From an uncultured Desulfospira sp. (lineage in GTDB: Bacteria; Desulfobacterota; Desulfobacteria; Desulfobacterales; Desulfobacteraceae): a stretch of DNA of 64,000 bases. This document shows positions 38,119 through 48,231 of the stretch, piece by piece (position 1 is the stretch's first letter; the number at the start of each line of letters is the position of its first letter). The notes under the pieces are model-generated. The model was not told where the DNA came from. It did not search any database and worked only from the letters and a program-made list of their open reading frames with translations. The position numbers were made by a program, and so were the translations under genes. The stretch is taken from NCBI GenBank assembly GCA_963663165.1, contig OY760175.1:640001-704000 (forward strand), written 5' to 3'.

Positions 38119-39921
38119 TTGAAGTTCGATAAAAGCTGTATTAGAAATTTCTCAATTATTGCCCATATTGACCATGGAAAATCCACCCTCTCGGACAGAC
38201 TTATTCAACTGTCCGAAATTATAGATGAAAGGGATATGAAAGATCAGATTTTGGACTCCATGGACATTGAACGGGAACGGGGAATCACCATTAAATCCCA
38301 AACCGTTTCTTTGCCCTATAAATCACCGGACGGCAACGAATACCTTTTAAATCTGATTGATACCCCGGGGCATGTGGATTTTTCCTATGAAGTTTCCAGG
38401 GCGCTGGCCTCCTGTGAAGGTGCCCTGATCATTGTCGATGCGACCCAGGGGGTGGAAGCCCAGACCCTGGCCAATTTATACCTTGCCATGGAGCATAACC
38501 TGTCCATAATTCCGGTGATCAATAAAATTGATCTGCCCTCAGCCGCCATTGACTGGGTCAAAGACCAGATTGAAGAAGACTTGGGCCTTGATCCCCAGGA
38601 TGCCCTTCAGGTCTCGGCCAAAACCGGCATTGGGGTGGAAAAAATTTTCCAGGCCATTGTCCAGGGCATCCCCGCCCCCGACAGTGACGGCACCGATGCG
38701 TTCAAGGCCCTTATTTTTGATTCCCATTATGATTCATTCAGGGGGACCATTATCCACTTTCGTATCTTTGAAGGCAGTATCAAAAAAGGGGATAGAATTT
38801 TATTCATGTCCAACAATGCCCGGTACAAAGTCGAAGAGGTCGGGTTGTTCCAGATCAAACGGGTGCCCCAGGACAGCCTGAGTGCCGGACAGGTCGGTTA
38901 CTGCATTGCCGGCATTAAAAACATTTCCGATGTTAAAATCGGGGACACCATCACCATGCCCGAAAATCCGTGTGCCGCACCAAAGGGCGGTTTTCGTGAA
39001 CCCACGCCGGTGGTGTTCTCTTCCATGTATCCGGTGGCTTCCGACGATTATGAAGAATTGACCGATGCCCTTGAAAAACTCAAACTCAACGATGCCTCCC
39101 TGATTTATGAAAAGGACAGTTCCGTTGCCCTGGGCTTTGGATACCGGTGCGGCTTTTTAGGCCTGCTTCACCTTGAGGTGGTCCAGGAGCGCCTTGAGAG
39201 GGAGTATGATATTTCCTTGATCCTGACCTCTCCGTCGGTCCAGTATGAAATCACCAGAACCGACGGAACCGTCCTGATTATTGACAACCCTGTGGAATAT
39301 CCGGACCCGGCTGAAATTTCCAAAATCCGGGAACCGTATATCAATGCGTCCATCATAGTTCCGGACAAATATATGGGCAATGTGATGCAGGTCTGCCATG
39401 ATTTCAGGGGGGTATCCACCAATTACCAGTACCTGACCTCCAACCGGATGGATATGCGCTTTGAACTGCCCTTAGCCGAGGTGGTCTACGAATTTTATGA
39501 CCGGCTCAAGTCCGTCACCCAGGGGTATGGCTCATTTGATTATGAAATTGCCGGATACCAGGAAACCGACCTGGTCAAGCTTGATTTTCTCATCAACGGG
39601 GAGCGGGTAGATGCCCTTTCCCAATTGATTCACAAAGACAAAGCCGAAGCCCGGGCCCGGGCCGCCTGCAAACGGTTAAGGGAAGAAATCCCCAGACAGC
39701 AATTTAAGATCCCCATCCAGGGGGCCATCGGCGGTAAAATTATCTCCAGGGAAACCATCTCCGCCTACCGGAAAGACGTGACGGCAAAATGCTATGGCGG
39801 GGACATTTCCAGAAAGCGAAAGCTGCTTGAAAAGCAGAAAAAAGGGAAAAAGCGAATGAAGATGGTGGGGACCGTAGAGATCCCCCAATCGGCATTTTTA
39901 TCCGTCCTTAAATCGGAATAA
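38119..39921 (+). CDS. lepA: Elongation factor 4
   Basis: IRNFSIIAHIDHGKSTL, DTPGHVDF, GFLGLLH, KCYGGDISRKRKLLEKQK. Confidence 0.98.
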   Translation: MKFDKSCIRNFSIIAHIDHGKSTLSDRLIQLSEIIDERDMKDQILDSMDIERERGITIKSQTVSLPYKSPDGNEYLLNLIDTPGHVDFSYEVSRALASCEGALIIVDATQGVEAQTLANLYLAMEHNLSIIPVINKIDLPSAAIDWVKDQIEEDLGLDPQDALQVSAKTGIGVEKIFQAIVQGIPAPDSDGTDAFKALIFDSHYDSFRGTIIHFRIFEGSIKKGDRILFMSNNARYKVEEVGLFQIKRVPQDSLSAGQVGYCIAGIKNISDVKIGDTITMPENPCAAPKGGFREPTPVVFSSMYPVASDDYEELTDALEKLKLNDASLIYEKDSSVALGFGYRCGFLGLLHLEVVQERLEREYDISLILTSPSVQYEITRTDGTVLIIDNPVEYPDPAEISKIREPYINASIIVPDKYMGNVMQVCHDFRGVSTNYQYLTSNRMDMRFELPLAEVVYEFYDRLKSVTQGYGSFDYEIAGYQETDLVKLDFLINGERVDALSQLIHKDKAEARARAACKRLREEIPRQQFKIPIQGAIGGKIISRETISAYRKDVTAKCYGGDISRKRKLLEKQKKGKKRMKMVGTVEIPQSAFLSVLKSE

Positions 39922-40000
39922 CAGCTTTTAGCCGTTAGCCATTAGCTGTTAGCTTTTGGGCGTCACCAAGTTTGTTGGCTAACGGCTAAATGCTAACCGC
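39922..40000. repeat. TTAGCnn/nnGCTAA heptamer inverted repeat
   Basis: ttagccg ttagcca ttagctg ttagctt ... ggctaac ggctaaa tgctaac. Confidence 0.8.
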
Positions 40001-40348
40001 TTAGAAAGTGATGATCTGAAAGCCTTGGGCTTCATAGCCCGCCATGGACGGATGACCGGCCATGTTGTCCAAAAGGGTCAGGTTGTGTGCTTTGGCATCT
40101 TCCAGGGTGCCCAGTTTCCCGGCGCAGGCCTTGCAGACACCGAGAACAAGTCCCTGGTCCAGGACTTTGTGCCACAGTTTGTTTAAGGGATGACCTTCTT
40201 TGTAAAGTTCGCTGATCAGTTTGACACTGGCGCCCTCAAGGATGATCCCGGGGGTGTGTCCCTTTTCTTTCATGTCCAGGGCATTTAAAAGAACGTGGAT
40301 AAAACACATGGGATCTCCGTTAAAGACGAACAGGGCAAATTTTTTCAT
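40001..40348 (-). CDS. DsrE-like family protein
   Basis: HVLLNALDM, ILEG, VCKACA, GHPSM..Y...G.QIITF. Confidence 0.75.
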   Translation of the reverse strand: MKKFALFVFNGDPMCFIHVLLNALDMKEKGHTPGIILEGASVKLISELYKEGHPLNKLWHKVLDQGLVLGVCKACAGKLGTLEDAKAHNLTLLDNMAGHPSMAGYEAQGFQIITF

Positions 40349-40719
40349 TTTAGTCTCCTTGCTTGCTTAATTGAAAAAGGGTATGATTTCATATCATATT
40401 TTCAGCCGGTTTTACGGGCTGGTTATCGGTCAGAGAATTACAGATTCAAATTTTGTACCAGATTTTAATTTCAACGGCAAATTAACTGGGTAAGCCTTTA
40501 AAAAACACAACCGGGTTGGATAAATTTTAGATTCTGTTTCATAAACCAGCCATGTCCCGGGATTATTATTTGTATTGATACGGTTTTGTATCAGATAAAC
40601 CTGTTTCAGCCCAATTCAAGAATCAATGCACCGGTTAAATTTTTTGGCCACCGGCACTTTAAATTATTATAAAACCAATTATTCCAAATGGTTAAATATT
40701 TCTTATTTTTTTAAAACAA

Positions 40720-40736
40720 ACGGCATGAAGGTTGCA
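40720..40736 (+). promoter_or_regulatory. Sigma54 -24/-12 promoter of rbr-dfx
   Basis: CGGCATGAAGGTTGCA: GG-N10-GC. Confidence 0.7.
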
Positions 40737-40820
40737 ATATTTCAAAACAAACCCTGACGCCGTTCATATCAACAGGCAAAACAAAAGACCAGACATTTTA
40801 AAAAACCATAAGGAGGTTAA

Positions 40821-41399
40821 ATGCCAGACTTAAAAGGAACTAAGACCGAAAAAAATCTGCTCACCGCATTTGCCGGTGAGTCCCAGGCCAGAAACCGTTA
40901 CACCTATTTTGCTTCCCAGGCGAAAAAAGACGGTTTTGTTCAGATCCAATCCATTTTTGAAGAAACCGCCAACCATGAAAAAGAACATGCCAAAAGGTTG
41001 TTCAAGTATCTCAAAACCGGTGCGGAAGTACAGATTACCGCCGCTTTTCCCGCCGGAACCATCGGCACCACCCTTGACAATCTTAAAGAGGCGGCCGGCG
41101 GTGAAAATTACGAACACACCACCATGTATCCTGAATTTGCCAAAACCGCCAGAGAAGAAGGATTCAATGATATTGCCAAAACATTTGAATCCATCGCCAT
41201 AGCTGAAGTTTACCATGAGGAAAGATACCTTGCCCTTGTGAAAAACATTGAAAACGACAAGGTCTTTAAGCGGGAAAAAACCACCACCTGGCGTTGCAGA
41301 AACTGTGGTTACAACCATGAAGGCACTGAAGCCCCTGACGTCTGTCCGGCCTGTGCCCATCCCAAAGACCACTTCGAACTTAAACCTGAAAATTATTAA
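40821..41399 (+). CDS. rbr: Rubrerythrin
   Basis: [23 protein letters not shown]-terminal CRNCG...CPACAHP. Confidence 0.97.
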   Translation: MPDLKGTKTEKNLLTAFAGESQARNRYTYFASQAKKDGFVQIQSIFEETANHEKEHAKRLFKYLKTGAEVQITAAFPAGTIGTTLDNLKEAAGGENYEHTTMYPEFAKTAREEGFNDIAKTFESIAIAEVYHEERYLALVKNIENDKVFKREKTTTWRCRNCGYNHEGTEAPDVCPACAHPKDHFELKPENY

Positions 41400-41424
41400 G
41401 CAACCATCTTAAAGGAGAAATACC

Positions 41425-41805
41425 ATGGCAGAAAAATACGGCATTTATAAATGTGCAAAATGCGGCAATATCGTTCAGGTCCTTCATGGGGAAAAACCCC
41501 CGGTCATGTGCTGCGGACAGCCCATGGACCGCTTAGTGGCCAATACCGTTGACGCCGCAAAGGAAAAACATGTTCCGGTTGTGGAAAAAATTGACGGCGG
41601 GTACCTGGTAAAGGTCGGTTCCGTTGACCATCCCATGACCCCGGAACACTACATCCAGTGGATTGAACTGATTACCGAAAACGGGACCCTGATTGAAAGA
41701 AAATTCCTGGAACCCACGGATTCGCCCAAGGCGACTTTTAAGACCGATGCGGATAAGGTTACGGCCAGGGAGTACTGTAACCTGCACGGACTCTGGGAAT
41801 ACTAG
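41425..41805 (+). CDS. dfx: Desulfoferrodoxin (superoxide reductase)
   Basis: [34 protein letters not shown]. Confidence 0.97.
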   Translation: MAEKYGIYKCAKCGNIVQVLHGEKPPVMCCGQPMDRLVANTVDAAKEKHVPVVEKIDGGYLVKVGSVDHPMTPEHYIQWIELITENGTLIERKFLEPTDSPKATFKTDADKVTAREYCNLHGLWEY

Positions 41806-41807
41806 AA

Positions 41808-41886
41808 AGACTGAAGGTAGATAGGCTGAAGGTGTTCGGATAGCGCTGACTGTCTGTCCACCTTCGGCCTAAATTCCTTCGGCCTG
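41808..41886. repeat. GGCTGAA/TTCGGCC heptamer hairpin overlapping the pfaD stop
   Basis: gactgaag..ggctgaagg ... ccttcggcc..ccttcggcc. Confidence 0.55.
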
Positions 41887-43467
41887 ATCCCCTCTATTCA
41901 ATTTCAGAATTTTTTCCTTTCCCATGGGACGGAAATATCCCGCTTCCATGGGAAAATCAACGGATTGGGCCTTGAGAAACATGGCCCGGGTGGCAACGCA
42001 GGCCCCAAATAGAAGATTCAGGGCGATTTCCGCTGTCTTCCGGTTTTCATGGGGTTCAAGAAAGCTTGAAGCGGCCCACTGATTAAAGGCCCCCATGGCG
42101 GGGCCGCACCAGATCTGGTAATCCATTTTCCGTTCCGGTATTCCCTGAATGGCCCATTTAGAGGACCGGCCAAGATAGGACCGGAACACCAGGGCCATTT
42201 TGTGCCTTGGATTGGCGTCAGCCTTTTCGATCTCCCCAAAGCTGCCCCGGGATTCAAAGAACTCCCGGGTGGCCTGCCAGGCCTGCTCAAAACTGTGCTG
42301 CAAAAATTTATCTTCAATTTCCTGTCTGAGTTTTTCCGGGACAGTCTGAAAATCATTGTAAGTTTTAAAAACCTGATACAGCTTTTCAGCCCGGACCGGG
42401 AACATGGTTCCCCGCTTGAGGACCTGGACCCTGGCACCGATTTCAAACATGTCCGCAGCCGGGGCCATGGCCACATCGGCCTGTTCCGCCTGGCAGAGCA
42501 GTTTTTTTACATCCTCACTGATCCCGGCTTCCACACAGGCCTGGTTAATGGAGCCGGTCAGAATATAGGATGCCCCCATATTAAATGCCGCCGCCGCCGA
42601 TTCCGGCGTGGCAATCCCTCCGGCAAGGCCGACACACAGGGGCGTTTTATATTTAAACGTCTCCATAAACTGATTTTTTAAGGCCAGCATGGTGGGCAGC
42701 AGGGCCAGTGCCGGCCGGTTGTCCGTATGACCGCCGGAATCCGCTTCAGCGGTCAGATCCCGGGCCATGGGAATGGTTTGGGACAGTTCTGCCTCTTTTG
42801 GGGTGATCAGGTTTAATTCCAGCAGCCTGGCAACGAGTTTTTCCGGGGGTGGACTGAAAAACTGCCGGGCCACTTCGATTCTGGACACCTTGGCAATGAT
42901 ATGGTTGGGGGCAATGACCTTCTGGTCCGGTCCCTGATGAATCCCCTTGATCCGGTAATACACCAGCCCCAAGGTCATGCGCATAAACGCCGCCGCACTG
43001 ATCAGCCGGATTCCGTATTTTAAATAAAGGTTGACCGTGGCCATCTCATGATCAGGGTCTAAGGGACTGTGGATCAGGTTGAATCCAAAGGGCCTGCCTT
43101 CAAGTTCGCAGGTCAGTTTTACCGCGGCCGCTTCAATTTCACCCAGAGATAACCCGCCGGCCCCGAAAAATCCCATCATGCCGTTTTCGGCCATGGTCTT
43201 GACCATATCCACCGACGCGATCTGGTTGGCCATGGCCCCGGCCACATAGGCGTAGGAAAGGTGATGCCGCTGTTTAAAACCGGCGTCGCCCAGATTCTCC
43301 ATGGGCAGGGCAGGGCAGAAGGCCTTGACCTGTGAATCTTTGGTTCCGATTTCTGTCAAACCAGAAGGGGCTTCGTGTGAAAAGGCGACCTGACCGTCCC
43401 GGTCAGTGATATATATTGGTTTTGAAACCTGTAAAATGGTGTCTTTAATCTGTTGATGCGTATTCAT
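41869..43467 (-). CDS. pfaD: PfaD-family enoyl reductase (PUFA/polyketide synthesis)
   Basis: YVAGAMA, FGAGGL, AKVSR.EVA..F..P, EADSGGHTDNRP, APAADMFE.G..VQVLKRG, DYQIWCGPAMGAFN. Confidence 0.92.
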   Translation of the reverse strand: MNTHQQIKDTILQVSKPIYITDRDGQVAFSHEAPSGLTEIGTKDSQVKAFCPALPMENLGDAGFKQRHHLSYAYVAGAMANQIASVDMVKTMAENGMMGFFGAGGLSLGEIEAAAVKLTCELEGRPFGFNLIHSPLDPDHEMATVNLYLKYGIRLISAAAFMRMTLGLVYYRIKGIHQGPDQKVIAPNHIIAKVSRIEVARQFFSPPPEKLVARLLELNLITPKEAELSQTIPMARDLTAEADSGGHTDNRPALALLPTMLALKNQFMETFKYKTPLCVGLAGGIATPESAAAAFNMGASYILTGSINQACVEAGISEDVKKLLCQAEQADVAMAPAADMFEIGARVQVLKRGTMFPVRAEKLYQVFKTYNDFQTVPEKLRQEIEDKFLQHSFEQAWQATREFFESRGSFGEIEKADANPRHKMALVFRSYLGRSSKWAIQGIPERKMDYQIWCGPAMGAFNQWAASSFLEPHENRKTAEIALNLLFGACVATRAMFLKAQSVDFPMEAGYFRPMGKEKILKLNRGDQAEGI

Positions 43468-43600
43468 CCGGCCTCATCGCTTCGCTGCATAAATGAATGG
43501 ATTTAATTTTTTGTATGGCGCGGGGGGTATTTAACACAACTTCTTTAAAAAAAGCAACCGGCCCTGTTCCTGGTTGAACGGTTTGTCTCCAATAAAACCT

Positions 43601-43695
43601 AGGGAGCCGGAGGAAAGGAGACCGCAGACCGGAATGCGAAACCCCTAAGGATGCGCGATCCGGTCTCCCGTCTCCCTTTTTCCGGTCTGCGTTTC
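43601..43695. repeat. AGACCGC-type palindromic heptamer element
   Basis: gagaccgcagaccgga ... atccggtctcccgtctcc...ccggtctgcg; similar to 4276-4437. Confidence 0.6.
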
Positions 43696-43833
43696 TTACA
43701 TTATAACTGCCATGGGCCACAAGCCCACAACGAATAATGAAACTAAAGATACTAGCAACGGTAGACTATAAATTGGGCACCGCAGGTGCTTCGCCCTCTT
43801 GTCTCTTGTTTCTTGTCTCCAGTTTCTTATAAA

Positions 43834-43923
43834 CGGCCACGGGCCGTCTTGGTTATCCAACCAAGAACCGCCCACAACAAATATTGAGATTCTTATCAGG
43901 ATGTTAGTGAGAGTTTCATATAA
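43834..43923 (-). repeat. 90-bp two-hairpin repeat, copy just downstream of xerD
   Basis: Reverse complement reads TTATATGAAA...TATTTGTTGTGGGCGGTTCTTGGTTGGATAACCAAGACGGCCCGTGGCCG, matching 53210-53387. Confidence 0.9.
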
Positions 43924-43930
43924 AAACAAC

Positions 43931-44821
43931 TCACCTTCGGGGATGATACTTCTCATGCATCCGGATCAAATATTCCCGGGTGATATGGGTATAAATCTGG
44001 GTGGTGGACACATCGGCATGGCCGAGCATGGACTGGACACTGCGAAGATCTGCTCCGCCTTCAAGCAAATGGGTGGCAAAGGAATGGCGCAGGGTATGGG
44101 GGGTAACGTTCTTATTAATCCCGGCTTTGGCGGCATATTTTTTAATAATTTTCCAGAATCCCTGGCGGGTCATGGGCTTCCCGGCCCTGGCCACAAACAG
44201 GTAGGGGCTGGCAATAGTGCCGAGCAGTTCAGGACGGCCGGTTTCCTTAAACAGCAACACCGCCTGCCTTGCCTTGGTTCCCAGGGGGATCACCCGTTCC
44301 CTGGACCCTTTGCCCATGACCCGGACCAGGTTGGCGTCCAGGTTTACATCCTGAAGGGACAGGGATACCAGTTCCGATACCCTTAATCCCGAACCATATA
44401 GGATTTCCAGCATGGCAAGGTTTCTGAGTTCTCTTGCCGTGACCGGATTGGCGGCATTGAGCAGGGCTTCAACCTCGGCAACGGATAAAATTTTGGGAAG
44501 GGCCAGGCCGGTTTTGGGCAGGTCCACTTCCAGAACAGGGTTGGCAGCCAATAATTTTTCATTGACCAAAAACTTGTAAAGCCCCCGGATGGTGATCAGG
44601 TGTCGGGCCCTGGATTTGGCTGACAGCCCTTTTTGGGATAAATGGATAAGCCAGGCCAGAATAACCGTTGTATCCACCTGTTCCAGCCGTTCAACTTTCT
44701 GGTCTTCTAAAAATTCGACAAATCTTGCCAGATCCCCGGCATAGGATTCAATGCTGTTGGGGGCCAGCCCTTTTTCAACGATTAAAAAATCCAGGTATTG
44801 TTGGGTGTGCTGGTCGATCAT
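43931..44821 (-). CDS. xerD: Tyrosine recombinase XerD
   Basis: EKGLAPNSIESY..DL, LYGSGLRVSEL, GKGSRER, MTRQGFWK, TPHTLRHSFATHLL, STTQIYTH, YHPR. Confidence 0.93.
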   Translation of the reverse strand: MIDQHTQQYLDFLIVEKGLAPNSIESYAGDLARFVEFLEDQKVERLEQVDTTVILAWLIHLSQKGLSAKSRARHLITIRGLYKFLVNEKLLAANPVLEVDLPKTGLALPKILSVAEVEALLNAANPVTARELRNLAMLEILYGSGLRVSELVSLSLQDVNLDANLVRVMGKGSRERVIPLGTKARQAVLLFKETGRPELLGTIASPYLFVARAGKPMTRQGFWKIIKKYAAKAGINKNVTPHTLRHSFATHLLEGGADLRSVQSMLGHADVSTTQIYTHITREYLIRMHEKYHPRR

Positions 44822-44895
44822 AATATCGCTTTTAGCGGTTAGGGGTTAGAGCTATTGGCAGTTACCGGTTTGAGGTTAAAGGCGAATAGCTCAAA

Positions 44896-47211
44896 TCATA
44901 AAAACAATTCCGATATACACCTGAACCCAATGGTGTTGGCAGAAAATCCGGCAGGAAAAAGCCCCCTTGAGCCGATGGTAACGTCAGGTCCGCAGTTCCA
45001 TCCCCCGCCTTTGGCAATGCTGTACAGCCGGTTGGCCCGGGTTTTAACCGGGGGGTTTTGAACATCACCGGTCCACTCCATGACATTGCCCAGAATATCG
45101 GCCATACCGAATTCATTGGCAAAGGCTTCATATTCATCCACCGGGCAGGTGTCGGCCAATGCGGTTAATTCAAAATTCAGGGCCTTTGGGTTAAACTCGC
45201 TGCCCCAGGGATACCGGTTTCCCATATCGGTCCTTGCCGCGGCTTCCCATTCGGCCTCAGTGGGAAGCCGCCGGCCGATCCAGGACGCATAGGCCATGGC
45301 ATCTTCCACGCTGACCTGTACCACAGGATGGTTTCTTTTGCCATACAAGGATGATTCAGGCCCTGACGGCTGGAACCAGCAGGCCCCTTTAACCTCTTGG
45401 GATCCGGCTGATTTCTGCCAGGCAGCCCGGGTTTTTCGTTTTTTAAACCGGGCATAAAAAACCGTCCCATGCCCCCGTCTCTCTGCCGTGGTCACATATC
45501 CGGTATGGTCGACAAAAATTTCAAACAGGGCATTGGTGACGGGAAATTTTCCGATAAATGTTATGGGCATTTGCAGCTGCTGAAGTTCAAGGCTGGCCTT
45601 AAGTTTTTTTTGGGTCCCGACGGTGTACAAGCCTTCGGGAACCGTTACATAGATGTTAAATTTTTTCTCCCGGTCTCCCAGAGTTTCGTCAAACTGTTCC
45701 GCCCGCTCCCGCTGCGCCCTGAATTCTTCAAGGGCCTTTTGTTCTTCTTCATCTAATTCATCAACCTCTTCAAGTTCCTCGTCTTCTGCCAGCTCAATTT
45801 CTTCCACATCATCGTCTAAATCTTCAATTTCTTCTAATTCCTCATCTTCATCGAGTTCGATTTCTTCTACATCCTCATCGTCTCCGGCCTCGACTTCTTC
45901 AAGTTCCTCATCCTCCCCTAACTCAATTTCATCAATGTCTTCATCATCTGTGATTTCAGTGTTCTGGGCATCAATTTCTTCGAGTTCTTCATCCTCACCC
46001 AACTCGATTTCTTCAACGTCCTCATCACTGTCATTGATTTCCACGTCATCGCCGGTTACCTCTTCGAGTTCCTCATCCTCTCCTAATTCGATTTCTTCTA
46101 TGTCTTCGTCACTGTCAACAATTTCGACATCGTCGTCTTCAATCTCTTCAAGTTCCTCATCTTCACCTAACTCAATTTCTTCTATATCTTCATCATCGAT
46201 GATTTCGGTGTCCTCATCATCAATTTCTTCAAGTTCTTCATCCTCGCCCAACTCAATTTCTTCGATGTCCCCGTCACTGTCAACGATTTCAACATCATCG
46301 TCCTCAATCTCTTCAATCTCTTCGTCTTCATCTAACTCAATTTCTCCGATGTCCTCATCATCAATTTCCTCAAGTTCTTCATCCTCGCTCAGCTCAACTT
46401 CTTCGATGTCCTCATCACTGTCAACGATTTCAACATCATCGTCCTCAATCTCTTCAAGCTCTTCGTCTTCATCTAACTCAATTTCCTCAATGTCCTCATC
46501 GACATCTATAATTTCGGCATCCTCATCATTGATTTCCTCAAGTTCTTCATCTTCTGCAAGTTCTGCTTCTTCCAAGTCTTCATCGGCATCAACGATCTCA
46601 AGCTCGTCTTCATCGACTTCTTCAAATTCATTGTCATCCCCGCCGTCTCCGGCACCTTGGCCGGATCCCAGATCATCAAGCGCCCCTCCCTGGGAAACAT
46701 GGTTGATGATTTTTTCAATTTCCTTGATGATATCTTTTGACTCTGTGTCGCTGTCCGCCTCCTTGAGGCTCTCAAGGGCCTGAGAGACCGCCTTGAGCAC
46801 CCCTGAAATCTGTTCTAAATCAAACCCGGCCCCGGCGGCATCTCCCAATGAGTTAAATACATCGTTTTTGGCCTCCTCGCTCATATCAAAAACATTGGCC
46901 GGGGAAATAATGATGTTGTCAGGGTTAAATCCCTTTTGGGCCAGTTTTTCCAGGTCTTTGTTGATGGAGGATTTCAGGCTTGAAAAATTTCTTCTTTTGG
47001 ACCGGATTTTGGCCGGATCATGATTTAAGTCCCAAATCTGATCCACCAAGGCGTCCGTATCGATAAATCGAACCGGTTCCCCTGATTCCTGAGCGCTGCT
47101 ATAAACGGACAGAATGGCGGAAACCGCCTTGTATTTAACAGAGCCGGGGCGGTATTTAAGATGGGCTGCCGCCTGTTGAATATCATCTAAGGAAATGGAT
47201 AGTTTAGCCAA
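44896..47211 (-). CDS. Protein with wHTH-like N-terminus, ~300-aa Asp/Glu repeat tract and C-terminal FGE-sulfatase-like (SUMF1) domain
   Basis: PVTNALF, HPVVQVS..DA.AY, RRLPTEAEWE.AAR, YPWG, GNVMEW, IGFRC; TTG start with AAGGAGG RBS. Confidence 0.85.
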   Translation of the reverse strand: MAKLSISLDDIQQAAAHLKYRPGSVKYKAVSAILSVYSSAQESGEPVRFIDTDALVDQIWDLNHDPAKIRSKRRNFSSLKSSINKDLEKLAQKGFNPDNIIISPANVFDMSEEAKNDVFNSLGDAAGAGFDLEQISGVLKAVSQALESLKEADSDTESKDIIKEIEKIINHVSQGGALDDLGSGQGAGDGGDDNEFEEVDEDELEIVDADEDLEEAELAEDEELEEINDEDAEIIDVDEDIEEIELDEDEELEEIEDDDVEIVDSDEDIEEVELSEDEELEEIDDEDIGEIELDEDEEIEEIEDDDVEIVDSDGDIEEIELGEDEELEEIDDEDTEIIDDEDIEEIELGEDEELEEIEDDDVEIVDSDEDIEEIELGEDEELEEVTGDDVEINDSDEDVEEIELGEDEELEEIDAQNTEITDDEDIDEIELGEDEELEEVEAGDDEDVEEIELDEDEELEEIEDLDDDVEEIELAEDEELEEVDELDEEEQKALEEFRAQRERAEQFDETLGDREKKFNIYVTVPEGLYTVGTQKKLKASLELQQLQMPITFIGKFPVTNALFEIFVDHTGYVTTAERRGHGTVFYARFKKRKTRAAWQKSAGSQEVKGACWFQPSGPESSLYGKRNHPVVQVSVEDAMAYASWIGRRLPTEAEWEAAARTDMGNRYPWGSEFNPKALNFELTALADTCPVDEYEAFANEFGMADILGNVMEWTGDVQNPPVKTRANRLYSIAKGGGWNCGPDVTIGSRGLFPAGFSANTIGFRCISELFL
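45740..46640 (-). repeat. Intragenic degenerate tandem repeat encoding EEIEL(G/D)EDEELEEIxDDDxEIxDxDED units
   Basis: Roughly a dozen imperfect units visible in both protein and DNA. Confidence 0.9.
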
Positions 47212-47460
47212 AAGGCAATGCCTCCTTGAAACGGTAAAAAAGCCTTAAACCGGAACGGCCCCTCAGAAAATCATGGCCTTAAAGTTAGGTATCGGCTGTT
47301 TGGGCTAGTACTTCAATTATAGTATGGCCCCTTTTCAATTTCAACCGGCTGTCAAACCGATCCTGAATCGCTAAAAAAATAGTGCGGGCCCCCTTGAAAT
47401 CATTGATATTTAACGGATTGGGATTGAAATTTTTGCCCATTGTGTTAAAATCCAAAAATC

Positions 47461-48213
47461 ATGAGCAAAATTTTAACAATTTCCGGCCAGAAAGGCGGGG
47501 TAGGAAAAAGTACAGCCGCTGTCAATCTGGCCACGTCTCTTGCCCTGTACGAGAAACGGACCCTTCTGATCGACTGTGACCCTAGCGGGTGTGCCACCCA
47601 ATGGTCCGGTGTGAATCCCTTTTCCCATGATATCTCATCTGTTTTTAAAGGCAAGGTCGGTTTCATGGCGGCGGTCACAGGTACGGATCTGATGTATATG
47701 GATGTTCTCCCATCAGGATTTGACCTGTTTTCAGTCGCCTTAAGGCTGTCCAAACTTACGGCAAACGAAAAAATGCTCCGGGTATTTCTTCATACGGAAG
47801 CAGACCCTTCCTATGAGTACATTATTATTGACTCCCCCTCTTCATGGGGATACCTTGCTGTTGCCGCTGTTGCCGCGGCAGACATTCTGGTTTCCCCTGT
47901 CTGCCCGGACTTAAATCAGGAAAAGGATTTCTCAAGCCTTTTGAATCTGGTCAAATACATAAGGAAAACCCATGAAATCCCCATAAAAATCGGCGGTTTT
48001 CTATTTAACAGGGTCGATAGTAATGACCAGGTCAGTCAATTTCTTTTAGATCGCAACCTTCAAAACCTAAAGGATCTGGTCTACCAGACCACCATTCCGG
48101 ATGATCCGGCCGTCAAAAAAGCCGCGGCCCCGCTTGCCCTTTACGATATCAAAAATCCGGCGGCATCATCGTACCTGGATTTTGCAAAGGAGATTGTTCA
48201 GGCTTTAAATTAA
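47461..48213 (+). CDS. ParA/Soj-family ATPase (no adjacent parB)
   Basis: Deviant Walker A GQKGGVGKST, LLIDCDP, IIDSPS. Confidence 0.9.
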   Translation: MSKILTISGQKGGVGKSTAAVNLATSLALYEKRTLLIDCDPSGCATQWSGVNPFSHDISSVFKGKVGFMAAVTGTDLMYMDVLPSGFDLFSVALRLSKLTANEKMLRVFLHTEADPSYEYIIIDSPSSWGYLAVAAVAAADILVSPVCPDLNQEKDFSSLLNLVKYIRKTHEIPIKIGGFLFNRVDSNDQVSQFLLDRNLQNLKDLVYQTTIPDDPAVKKAAAPLALYDIKNPAASSYLDFAKEIVQALN

Positions 48214-48231
48214 AATGTGCAAAGGTGATTC

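Noticed and set aside
43696..43956. Similar short ORFs here and at 53060-53368 / 53029-53373 (FVVGGSWLDNQ peptides)
   Set aside because: They are translations of the 90-bp DNA repeat, overlap real genes, and the second tandem copy is frameshifted.
44896..45700. Diversity-generating retroelement target (FGE/CLec fold)
   Set aside because: No reverse transcriptase and no second copy (template repeat) of the 3' end seen in the window.
45653..46783. 376-aa Ser-rich ORF on the + strand
   Set aside because: Antisense shadow of the Asp/Glu repeat codons of the minus-strand gene.
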